A DNA stretch of 64,000 nt from Phoronis australis (lineage: Eukaryota > Animalia > Phoronida): assembly GCA_002633005.1 (NCBI GenBank), contig NMRA01000119.1:248001-312000 (forward strand), given 5' to 3'. Shown piece after piece: positions 24,201 to 36,200 of the stretch (position 1 is the first letter of the stretch; each line of letters opens with the position of its first letter). A program made the translations under genes and the position numbers. Below the pieces are notes generated by a model. It had not been told where the DNA came from and did no database searches. It was given only the letters and a program-made list of their open reading frames with translations.

Positions 24201-27200
24201 AATATTTTGTCATTTGGAAGTCTTATGAAAGTTGGATGAATATGGTTAAAACAAACATAGTATCAACTTTGATACGTTGCGATTGATCCAGGGGCGTGCC
24301 AGATAAATTAAGCGCCGGATTTCAGCAGTATACCTGTAAATTGTTGTACCTTGTTCGAGATTACACTTATCAAATGCAAATAGCGTTTTTGATAGACTGG
24401 AGACTAACCCCTGGTTGAATAAACATGTGAGTTGTGATTGCTACCATCTGTGGTTAAATAGGGAGGTTTTCAGATGTTCTCATATCTGTTTACGTCAACA
24501 GAGTGAAGTGGATTTTTTATCACTGCACCTTTTGGTCTTTTGTTTTGTAAACAAACCACTTGCTCTGTATGGCAGTGATTGTCACCAGTAAAAATCGAAT
24601 GTTTAATGTTTTAGTGTAGGAAAGGCAAAAATGCGATGTCCTATTGATCTCATATTTCGCGAGATTAGACGGTCCACGTTGACTCGAGTTCAAAGAACTA
24701 ATTTCTTTTGTTCTCGTTTATTTCGCGACCTTGGCTTATTTGCCCTAGTCATCTGAACATTTTTGTGCCCAACGGTGGTGTTTTGGTTATGTAGTTGCAA
24801 ATTTTTTTTTTTAAGTTGTCAAATCTCACTGCCAGGCTTAAGGTTGTGTTGGGACCCCAGAGAAAGTGCTCAGATTTGACAGAACATTGTATTTCATGAA
24901 ACTTTCAGATACAATAATGCACTATGCGCGCTGTTCTGCAAAAGCTCTTGGGAATTTTTTAAGAATGTTCCACTTTGGCGTGAAAGGCAATCACAACTGG
25001 GGAATTCATGATTTTTTTATGAAAACGTCAGAAACAAGGAATAATTTTGAAAGATAATAGTTTTTTTGAGATTTCATTTTGAATATTTATAGAAAATAAA
25101 ATTTGGTCAAGTCAATGACACTCTGGTTTTGCTATGAATGTACCTTTCTTTGTGTCTGAATCTTACTAAAAAACATGGACATGAGATCCAATTAGTAGCA
25201 GATTGCTGTAAAGACAAAAATCAAGTTCTACAGGCTTTCTACTTTTTCAGAGTTGAAATCTATAATTTTGTAGATAGTTGGCTTAACGCACAGAAGTGTT
25301 AATAATGTCATACATAACCTCAAATCTCCATCGACATCACATGAATTGTAGGTGGCGCTGAATGTTTGTCCAGAAAAAAGACATTTAGTGGCACGGCTTA
25401 TTTATTCCTTCCTTTTCTTCTCTTGTAAAGCGACAGCAGTCGACATCCTTACTTTTATGGTATAAGAATAATAATTATGAGACTGAAAGCTACATTTCTC
25501 CCTCTGTAACTTTTTAAAAGCAGAAAAATAAAACTGGTTCTTTTACTTTTCTGAAATTGGTCGTGCAATACTTCTTACTGTGTTCTCAAGTCTCAGGCAA
25601 TTTTATGGTTGGCCAACCCCGATAAGCTCCGATTCATTTTCTTGATTCATAATGACTACGTTGTTGCCATTTGCCGATGAACCACGGACCATACCGGTGA
25701 TACAATCTGAAAACAGACTGAATACCAGCGAAAACCAATAATGAATACCAATTTGAACTGCCGATAAAAATCAAGGTTCTTGATTCTATTTCATAGGGGT
25801 TAATTTGGCTAGGACCGATGAAAAAGTTGGTATTTTACCATGAGTACAAGTGTGCATCCCTGTTCCATAGTTCTGTAAAGTAATTATTGGCTTAATGGAA
25901 TGAGATAAAGTTAGAAGTGTATTTTACAGTAATGTTTCTTAAATGTTGCTTTAAAGCAGAGTAATATTCTTAGTCTGTGTTTCTACTGTGTCGCACAACC
26001 AGTTTCACTAAGTGTATCAAAATGCAGATGAGTTACACCTTTGTCAAAGTCTAGGTAGAGTCACTTCATATCAAAATGCATATCTTGTCACCAAAGGTGA
26101 AGTACAAATAAGCTAGTAGTTACATTAAGAGGGGTCTCACGGTGAAGTGATTGTATCTGTGGTGTTTTTGAGGGCTTCCCTTTGTTTTAATATTTTTGTT
26201 ATCACCTGAGGTAGAGAAGGGTTGGGCATTTACAAGGGTGTTATGTTGTTGTGATGGAGGTGGTTCACCACAGTTAAGCTGACTCAAACGTCTGGGTTTT
26301 ATCATTGTCACAACGCGGTATTTATTTTGCATGCTTTTGCGCTGGTTTCTGTCTGGTCAGGGGGAATTAGCATTGTTTCTACCCAGATTATTGTTTGAAC
26401 GTTCATTGTAAGTACAATTTCTCAGCATATGAACAGGGGTTTACACCTGCTTCTGTAATTCAAAAGTACAATTAGGGAAAGTCAGGCAGCTGGGATTAGA
26501 CGCCGTAAAATAGCAACGACATGCTGTTGCGAAGATTTGTCCCTTGGACATTGTGGCCTGGCATCATAACTCACGGCATTCTAGAGATATATTGGTGTAA
26601 TGAAGCAGCTCAGAACAGCACGGCACGAATACTTATGAATCATAGAGCATCATTCCTTGTATGCCGTGGTTTGGGTTTTTTGCCGTGGTTTGGCTTTTGG
26701 TTACAATAATCATTTGCTGTGTTTTGACGTTGAATGATGTTCTTGTCGTGGTCAAACCTTCTTGTAACTATGACATTGCATCATGAGACAGTTTGTTCAC
26801 ATGACTGGTTCATTAAAGCAACAACTACACAATGTCACTGATTGAACTCTCCATTGTATTTCCTCAAAGAATAAATAAAAATGCTCGCAGCAGCAAATTA
26901 GGACAAACAATTAGGTTAATGGATGTTGGTCATTGCCCGATTCAATTCGAAGCCAGCGCCTCGCTGTTTCGAAGAAAAAGAAAGATCCGGACCCATTGTA
27001 GCTGGCAACAGGTGGCGCTGGGGTAGAAAAGGAAAGACAAATCCTGACCCATTTTACCTGGCATTGGGTGACTTTTTCTCTTTGAAAATGTGGACAACTG
27101 AAAAAAATACAATGTCACTGCTTCAACAAACAATGTGGACCAGGACCAATTATGTTTTTTCTTTGATCTTACCTACTATCACGGGTGTTACAGTGGAGCG

Positions 27201-30200
27201 TCTGACTGGCTTTAGTTGTTGTGTATCAAAATGTTAATGAACAGTTAACGTCTGGTTTTCTCAGAAAATATATTTTTATTATTTGACTTGAGTTGTTTAT
27301 CAATATTTGATATGGTGCTAGGTGCTTCTGTCGTTCGTTGTCTTATTTTCTCGTTGGGATGTTGACACAAAAAGTGCTCCCAATACAGATTTGGAAGTCA
27401 TTCACTGAAATTTGATGATTCAATCTTTGATTATTTCAATACAATCGATGGAGGTGATGTGGTTGTTTCTTTCTCATATTCTTCATTGTTCTGTTGGCTT
27501 ACAGTTATTCTCTATGTTTTGGGCACGGCTTCTCATCTTCATAAAACCATGACACGGTCACTGGAAGCATGCGAGACAGTAGAAAATTGAACCGACTGGT
27601 GGAGCCAGTCTCGTGTGTATCGAGTCTGGCACCCTTCACGGTGTTTGCACAGCGCTTGTTTTATAACAGTGCCAATCGGGATAATCTGCTCAAAAAACAC
27701 ACACGACGACACAGATCCGGATTAGCTGGGGATCTAGCTGTCAGTCGACTGAATGGAGCATCTGAGGACAGCGGAGCCGAGGAGTCAGTTAGCCCCGGGC
27801 TGGCATTTTGTCTCTAGTCACCGTCTTGTGGCCAATTTGCAATGATTTGTTCCCCAGTGGGTTTTTCTTTTTGTCTCGGTGTTTTTTGTTTGGGTATGTG
27901 GTTGACTCAGAAGATGATATTGGTTTTTGGATGTGCTGGGGGCAGTGTGACTTCAAGAAACTATTGTTCTCTGAACCTTTGGCTTTGGTTTGAAATGTTT
28001 GCTTAGAAGATCCTTCCCTGCTGAGCTTTTGTTAAGATAATCTGGTTAAGTATAGCATTATCATACATCATTTTAAAAGTTTTCAAAAACTCAAGTTCTA
28101 TCGAAATTCATCTGGATTTGTCAATGAAGCGAGATGAGAAATAGCACTACGATAAATCATTTGAAAATAGGGCGGAAATTTTTACTTCGGAATTTTGGTG
28201 ATTTTTGACGAGAAGAAATATCTTCGACTTTTTTAAAACTACTGTGTTTCTACTGACTTGATATCGTGGACTGCTAACTTCAGTTTGTTGTTAAAAAAAT
28301 GACAACTGTTATTAGTTTATTAGAATAACAATTACTGTAATCCTCAGTGTGGCTGAGATGATTGTTTGCTCTTAGTGATTTGCTGATAGTAATTTGAATT
28401 GTCTAAAGGTAACTCATCTCAGCCTTCATGAAGGTGCTTCACCTTTCTGTTTTTAACCCATAAAAGTATTTATTTTTGAATCCTCGATTATCGAAAAATT
28501 CTCATGCCTTAAAAAGTCACACAATCGTTCATGACCACGTGACCGAAATTTTTTTGCTTTAAACTTGGTATTCAAAAATTTTTTAACTGCTAGTGGATTC
28601 GTGTTTGGTCTGTATACTCTTGCAGGGCCCTCGTTCATCCATGGGGAAGGATGCCTGTGCCTTCTGAGAGGGAAATTTTTTGGAGTGGGGGAAAATTCTA
28701 CCTCCTGATCACCATCAATATCACCTCTACCCTGTTGCAAGCCCTCATAGACAAAACTAACATTTTGCACTCTTTCAAATTGCCACCTATGTGAGTTACA
28801 AGTGATTCGAACCTTGAGGGGAATTTTTCAATCACTTTAAAAGGAATTTTTGGGCCTCATGAGGGGAACATCACAGGATTTTTCAATGTTTTTCAGAAGG
28901 GCCCCAAAATCGAGGTATTGACGGCCTTGTCTTGCTGTCACTGCACTGGAAGCAGTGTTACAAGATTTTTTATTGCTCAAACAATAAGAGATATTAACCA
29001 TCAAAATTCCTCTTTAATGTCACAAGTGTTTATTTTACACCCGATATCTCTGTTCCTACGAAATTCAGAAATATGAGGCTCAGTTTTATCTCAGTCGTAG
29101 GCTGTAAGATAGGGCGAAGTCTCACCAATTTAAGACACAATATGGACAAGTGACATTTTTTCGTCATTTTTCCAAGAAAGATGTAGCACCAAATTAAATG
29201 ATTTTCCATGTTCAGATTTTGTACCCTAACTACCATCAAAGTTTTGAAAATTTGTGGGCATTCATAACGAGGATAGAAGTTCTTAAAAAATTAAAAAAGC
29301 GCATTTTTGGCAATTATTTTGTGTGAATTTGGTGCGAATTTATCGTGTGCATGCAAAAATTTCGTGCTATCGACCCATCCTTTAAAGAAGAATTGATGTT
29401 TAAAACTATGAATGAAAAGACCTGAAAATGATCTACAAAGATTTGCCTCGTAATTGAAGTTGTCCTTAGCAACTCACATACTTGGGTCATTGTTATACGT
29501 AATGTGTGAACATTGAACAGTGTGGTGCGTTCAACAAATTCTGTAATGGGTTTAAAGAACTGTTATGAACAGCTGTGAAAAATATACAATATATGAGTGT
29601 ATGATTTTTGGGGGAAACTTCTGCGAAAGTCAAGAATTACATGGCCTTTCTCAGACAAGCGGCAATCACTTAACATATCATGCATTACGTAAATGGGTTG
29701 ATGATGGCAAGCTATTGATCAGTTATGAGTAATGCACTGAAAGATGTAGACCGTCTGACTAGAGTGTTTTTTTTTTGTTTAACGGTCAGCAGTGACTTTT
29801 TAATTTAATTAAATTTCTTTCCATCGTGTGCATCGTCGTCGGTATCGGAAAGTGAGAGCTTGGAGTGTTTGCTCGTTAATCTGGCATTAATGATCGCGGC
29901 TGTGAGACCCACTTGACAGCCCGGTGGCCGCGTTGGTATTATTGATGGCTGACATTACACCAGCGTAGACTCAGGATATGAGGTTTCAAGTGCCCTCGAC
30001 GTGTGGCACCAAAATAGTTGCCCGAAGAGTTAAATTTCACTAACCAAACACTATGAAGTCAGGTTTTTAGAACAGTACGTAATGATTACTTCTTCACTTT
30101 TATGTTTTTGTTCGACTGTGTTCTCAAGAAATTGCCATTGAATTTTTTGCTTTTGAATTTTTTGCTTTTGAATTCTCTTCTGTCATCCTGTGTTTTGAAC

Positions 30201-33200
30201 ATTTGTTCAGTGGTTAATAAAAAAATTTCCTTTGCTTGTTTGTTCATGTTTTAGGCTTAAAAATCGCATTTAAAGATCTGTATTAATCGAGGATTTTGTA
30301 ATTACTGCATGTCCAAACTGGGCAGAATTTATTCTTAGATTCAGATTGAAGAATTGCTATATTAAACATAAGCAATCATGATTTTGAAAATTTGCTCGTT
30401 TTACAGTTTAAAGCAAGGCAGACGGCAAAAATATTATCTAAAATGATTTCATAATAATTTATTTGTAAACACACATCTCTGGTCTGATAGGCAGCCCCCT
30501 TGCGTGACGTATGACCCGGCATCAAATTATCTGGGTCTATATAAACACTGCTATTGTTAATATACCCATGTAGGCAAACACCCAGCCTATTTGTAAATAC
30601 TATTAATTGGTCCGATTCACCCCGGAAGACGATGCCCGATGCGGCCCACGGCTACTGTCCGTACGCACGTCTGTTTGCCTCAACCAAAGTGACACTAATT
30701 TCCTTCTTCTCGCCTGCCCCGATCTTGTTTGCTGTGGGTCTTTGTCAGCCACACTTAACCCCCTCTCACAAATACTCCACAAGCTCAGCAGTGACAGCAA
30801 CACAATGGCCTCAACCCACTCCAGTCGAGGATTGACAAGCCCCTAAACATATTTAGGTTTTCAATGCTGCGCGATAATCCGCCAACTTCTAGACACTGAT
30901 ACAATACGTTGGTGTGAGTCTGTCTCTTGCTCGCTTGTCAATGGATGAAATTCTTACTTTCCTGTGAATACCTGCAGTATTTAAAAGCATTTTGCAGTGG
31001 TAGCTATGACGTAGAACTTGAAACTCATGAAGCATTCGTTTGGTGCTATTTATTTTTCCGGGAAAGCGAAGAAATATGATTTCATTCATCTCCCATGTCG
31101 TGTTTCAAATTGGTGAGATTGAATCTTAGATGCAAGATCTTGGCCAGTGTACCCCCTCATTGCTGGCGATCACCTCACTGGATCATAAGCAAAGTGTGTT
31201 CAATTCTGTTGGCCCTGTTGCCTTCTGATAGTTTTACGTGTGACCCTTCAGATATGGGATCCCTTGACCAACATGGGTTATTTTCGTGTTTTTTCGTGAC
31301 TGTATGGATTTCAAATGAATGTGTGCAGTAGCTGGTTTACTAGTCAGTTCTGTGCTTGTAATTTTTGAATTGCAACCCGTGTTTTTATTTGACCTGTGCA
31401 AGGATTTGCAATCATGTCATCTTTTTTGATTTTATCATTTTATTCTTCTCAGTATCTTGAGTTTCATTCTATGCATAATGTCTTTCCCTTTTTATGTATG
31501 ACTGTGTGAGAATGCACACACGTATGTCCATAATGTGTCAAGATATAATACATTTATGCCTTAGATCCTAAGTATTGAAATTCCCATTACAAGAACAATG
31601 TCCTCATCGGAATGTGTTTGTTTTTTATTAACGGATTACACTCGTCCTTGTACCACAGAAAATAGTATACTTGTTACTGGGCTCTTAAGAGTGTGTCAAA
31701 GCCCCGAGCACTGTATAAAACTAAGATTTCTGTCAAGTGCTCTTATTTTGGAGAGTACAGAGTCCTTCAGACTTGCCAGGTAGTTTACATGGGGGTCTTT
31801 GGTTTGTTGTATATCGATTTTAGGGCTGTTTTATACAACTGTTCTCCCTGCATGGTAGCTAGAAATTTATTGGTCTTGCGGAAGAAGAAATTTATAGCTG
31901 TTGAAGAAAATTCTCTTTTAGGATTGTTGATTTTAAATGTTTAATTGTGACTGAATTGTAGTAGACAAGTTTCGAAAATTTTAAAATTAAATTAAAATTC
32001 ACTTAAAGTTGGATTTAACTCTGTTAATTTGGCTAAAAAATGAAAACTAAATAAAGCTTTTACTCATAAAATAAATGATAAGTCAGTCTTTTAGTATGCG
32101 TTACCATGGCAGTATTCAATTTTTGTTTCCAGTAAGGAGATCAAAACCATCAGTGACTCAAAAAACAGTTTAATGTTTTGTTGTGACTGGCCAACCTTAA
32201 AATTGCGAGTTCAAGAATGGCGCATGTCTGCATTACCTGTGAATTGAGTTGCCACCTCATTCACCAGCAATTCAAGATCGTATTAGTGTTGTAATGTTTT
32301 TAAATCCTGAAGTGCTTTGGTAAAGAATTTCTCATTGACAGTTAAACAGTGGGGACATTTTCCTTTGATGAAGACAAAGAAGTTGCAAAGCGTTAAGTGC
32401 ATATGAAACAGTTCTGTGCATGATTATCTGTGCACAAGTCGCATACTTTTTGTGTCAAGAACTGATAAACATTCCATTACGTGGGGTCTGTTGTTCTGTT
32501 CAAGTTTTCTAATTTCGAATCCAGAATTTTTTTAGTTTCGTTTAAGCAAGGTATTTTTCCATAATCTTATTCACTGTTAGTTTCCATCTTCGACAACCAA
32601 ATATTCACATTTGCTAAAACGTTTACAGACTTTACGCTTTCTTTGTTAGGGAGGGAACTTCTAGTTTCTGAAATGAAGGAATTTGTAGCCTCTAAAATGA
32701 AGGAATTATTACTTAGCATAGGTCAAAAGTTTGTAAAGTCCATATAAGTTGAAGAATATAAGATATTTTTATACCACCGAAATGTGATAGTGCATTTTTT
32801 GTCATTTAATCTTCTTTTTTTAAGTTCACACTAAGAGTTGTTGTGAAGTTTATAATCCAATGCATCCCATCATATTTCTTTACGTCTTTGAAAATTCAAG
32901 AGGGATTCTTAGGCATAAATACACAGTCAGGTGATTTTTGAGACATCTCAGTTTGATATGAGGCAAGATCTATTTTATGACCCCCTATTGGGACAAGCGA
33001 AATTTTAGTTTGTCATTTTTTTGTGTGAAATATTAGCAGCACTAAATTAACACTGCCACGTTCAAATTGTGAACTTTAGTTGCTACCCTCGGACAGTGTT
33101 TTGAGAAATTGTCAGCTTTCACAACCCCGTTAGAAACCCTTTGTAAATGAAAGGTCAGTTTGGGTTATTTTTTGTCTGGAGTTGGTGAGGTTGTACTGTA

Positions 33201-36200
33201 GATAGTAAAAGTTTCACACACTAAGAAGTATCATATGTTATGCATGGGTATAAGTTGGCAGGGACCCTTCTTGCAAACAAGTGGTAGTGAACTCACGGTT
33301 TGTTTAATCGCCAGTTTTTCATTTTGTCCCATTGTCTGTATGTCGTCTGGTCAGATGTCTCAACAGTTGTCCCTAAGACATTAATTATGACTACAAAATG
33401 AACAATCGGTTTGATAAAACTAAGATATATTCCGCAACATATTTAAACGTTATTTGAGTCATCATAGACCATATAATTATGGTGTTTTTTGAGAGGAAAA
33501 GTTGTAATTCTGGTTTCAATTTTTGGCCAGATATACAGGGCGAAATGCTTATGTAAATGAATTGTGTTGAATCAGTTAGGGGGGTGGCTGTTTAAAAACT
33601 TAATTGCAGGGTAGCTAGTTTTTATAAAGAAAACAACAGTTTTGTGTGAAAAATCTGAAAGATGGTCATATTTAAAGATAATTTCCCTGAAAAAAAAGAA
33701 TTGTATGAAGTCAACTTGTGTTAATAAATGATTTAGACAGATTATGAAGTCAATATTTGCGAATCAGTGGTTGTTTGTGTCGACCACTGCTCCAGTAACA
33801 TCTGTCTAATTCCTTTTACAAACTTTTTGTGATGTAATAGAGATCTCTTCGCGATTCAATCCCTGGATTTTTCTGTTAGCAAGCGATTATTTTACCACTG
33901 TGCCGGGAGCAGGCATCGTACTCGAAAGTCTTAAGGCTATTTTATGTTATCCGAATTCTGACGTCATGTTTGTTTTTAAATAACGGTAAAGTTTAAATCT
34001 CTCTGTGAGTCCAAACCTCCATCAAGGTGTGACATTTCCCGTCAAAACACTACAAAAAGTGTGAATTGCAAGGTTAAAATGTTCATTGAATCTCAATAAG
34101 TTGCACAGACTTTACTGTGTGCACATTGAGCGTGCTGACATGGCTCACGATCGCGTTGATTTTGTTTTCATATGACCAACTGACTTTTGTGGAGTGTTTT
34201 GCATTGAAATGACCGTTAGAATTTGTCACCTTCCAAAGTTTTGATTAATTGTTCCTGGATGGTTACAAACCTCTCCCGGATTAGTATAATTAAACTCTTT
34301 CCACAAAGTTTTGAGTTGAAACCGATGACTAACTGACCAACCTGAGTGACGTGGGATTGCAATACCAAACATACCCTCCTTCCATGGATTGCTTGTAATC
34401 AAATGATAATTTCACCTTGGTTATAACATTTTTGGGGTCTGAAAGCCAACGTATTGACTATGAGTAAAAGTCAATAACTGTATAATATTGCTGTAGTATT
34501 TGCTTTTTCGGTTATCGTTCAACCAACCATGTTTGTGGGTTATCACATGGTAGTCTCATCAGAGCGAGCTAACACGTAATCGAGTCTCAGAGATTGTGTT
34601 CAACTAGCCTTAGAGAGTCGTTGAACTCTAGTTAGAGATTTTCTGAAGACATACTAATTTGCTCTTGTCTTTGAATATTTCATGACAGAACCACCTTCGA
34701 CACCTCCTCGTCATCGATGAGGGGAAATGAAAGTCATCCATCGCGCGTAGTGGATGATTGCGCTTTGGTTATTCGTGTCTCTGAAGTGGCGCGGTGATTT
34801 CTGTATTTTGCTGTGAGCACCTCTTCAAAAATTGCTGTAGCGATTTATTGTAGCCTTATACTGCAATTATGAAAACGACGCTCACCTTGTTTGATGATCA
34901 TATTTTCAAAGAGACATTATTTATATTGTACTAAAGATCTGACCGCAAATTTTGTATTTTATGCTTATCTTGATGCCAATTAGGTTGCTTTAACAAAATT
35001 AATTTTTTTAATGTAGTGGTATTGTTAACGAGTTAAAAATATGAACACATTTATTTTTTTAATTATTTGTTGTTGTGTGACCTCCTTTGACATCTGTAGC
35101 AAGCCAAGACAACTGATTTTACTTTTTAATCGTAGAAGGTTACTGATGAAAATAATTTTTAAAGTTAGGACCCGGGTAAAATTGTCAGAACACTACATGG
35201 ATTCGTATGGAACTTTCAGGTATTATACATTATCCTCTGTTCTCCAGAACGCTGTTATAAAATATTTTTAAAATTTTCCACTTTTGCATGGGCCGTTATC
35301 AGCAAATAAGACTTTAAGAAGTCAAAAGTTGCATAAAGTGAAATTAAATGATGATTTAGAAGTTGCACTAAAAAAATAAAAAATGCATGAAACAAAAAAC
35401 AAAGTCCTGTTTATAAAACTGGAACAGGGTTTTTGAGATTTTGTCTTGGAACATGTTTATCAAATATAATTTGGTCATGCTGTTGATATCGTTGTTTTGC
35501 TATGAATGCACTTATCGTTTTCGCTATATTTTACTAAACGACTTCTAGTCACATGACCCAATTAATGGTAGATTGGTATTGAACCCTAAACCAACTTATA
35601 GGGACTTTCTACTTTCAGAAGATATAATTATATTGTTATGGAATTGTAATCTATAGTTTAGCTATATGCAGGCTGGTTGATAAGGTCCTACGTAACTTAA
35701 CATGTAAGTTAGGCACATGTACAAGTACACAAATTTTACTTTCTCTTTGAATTTAAAGTAATCCTGGGAATGTGTACCATTTTCTGCTTGTTAGTTTCTT
35801 CTGTTTGCTTGGCAAAAAGTGAACCAGTTTCTTTGATTGAATGTCCAATTCAGATTCCATTTGTTATTATTTTTCATTTGCTTTGTAAAAAGTGGACCTT
35901 TTTCTGAAAGGGGATTTCGGTTTCCTTCTTGTCAGGAACAAGTTGGTAGAGCTCTGGGTCAGTAGCACTGGATCGTGTTTGCTGGGCACGTGTGGCTAGT
36001 CTTTGACTCTCTTAATTACTCGTTGAGTGTTACATAATTGTTAAACAAATTCCCATTAAGATTGTTTTTAACACAACAGAAAGTCCCCACAAGTGTCGGG
36101 TATCGATTCGCATTCATTCACTGGTCTCAACGGCAAACGATGGACAAAACAATAGCCGGACCTGGGTGGTGACACGTTTGATTGACAGCTAGCAAGCTCT

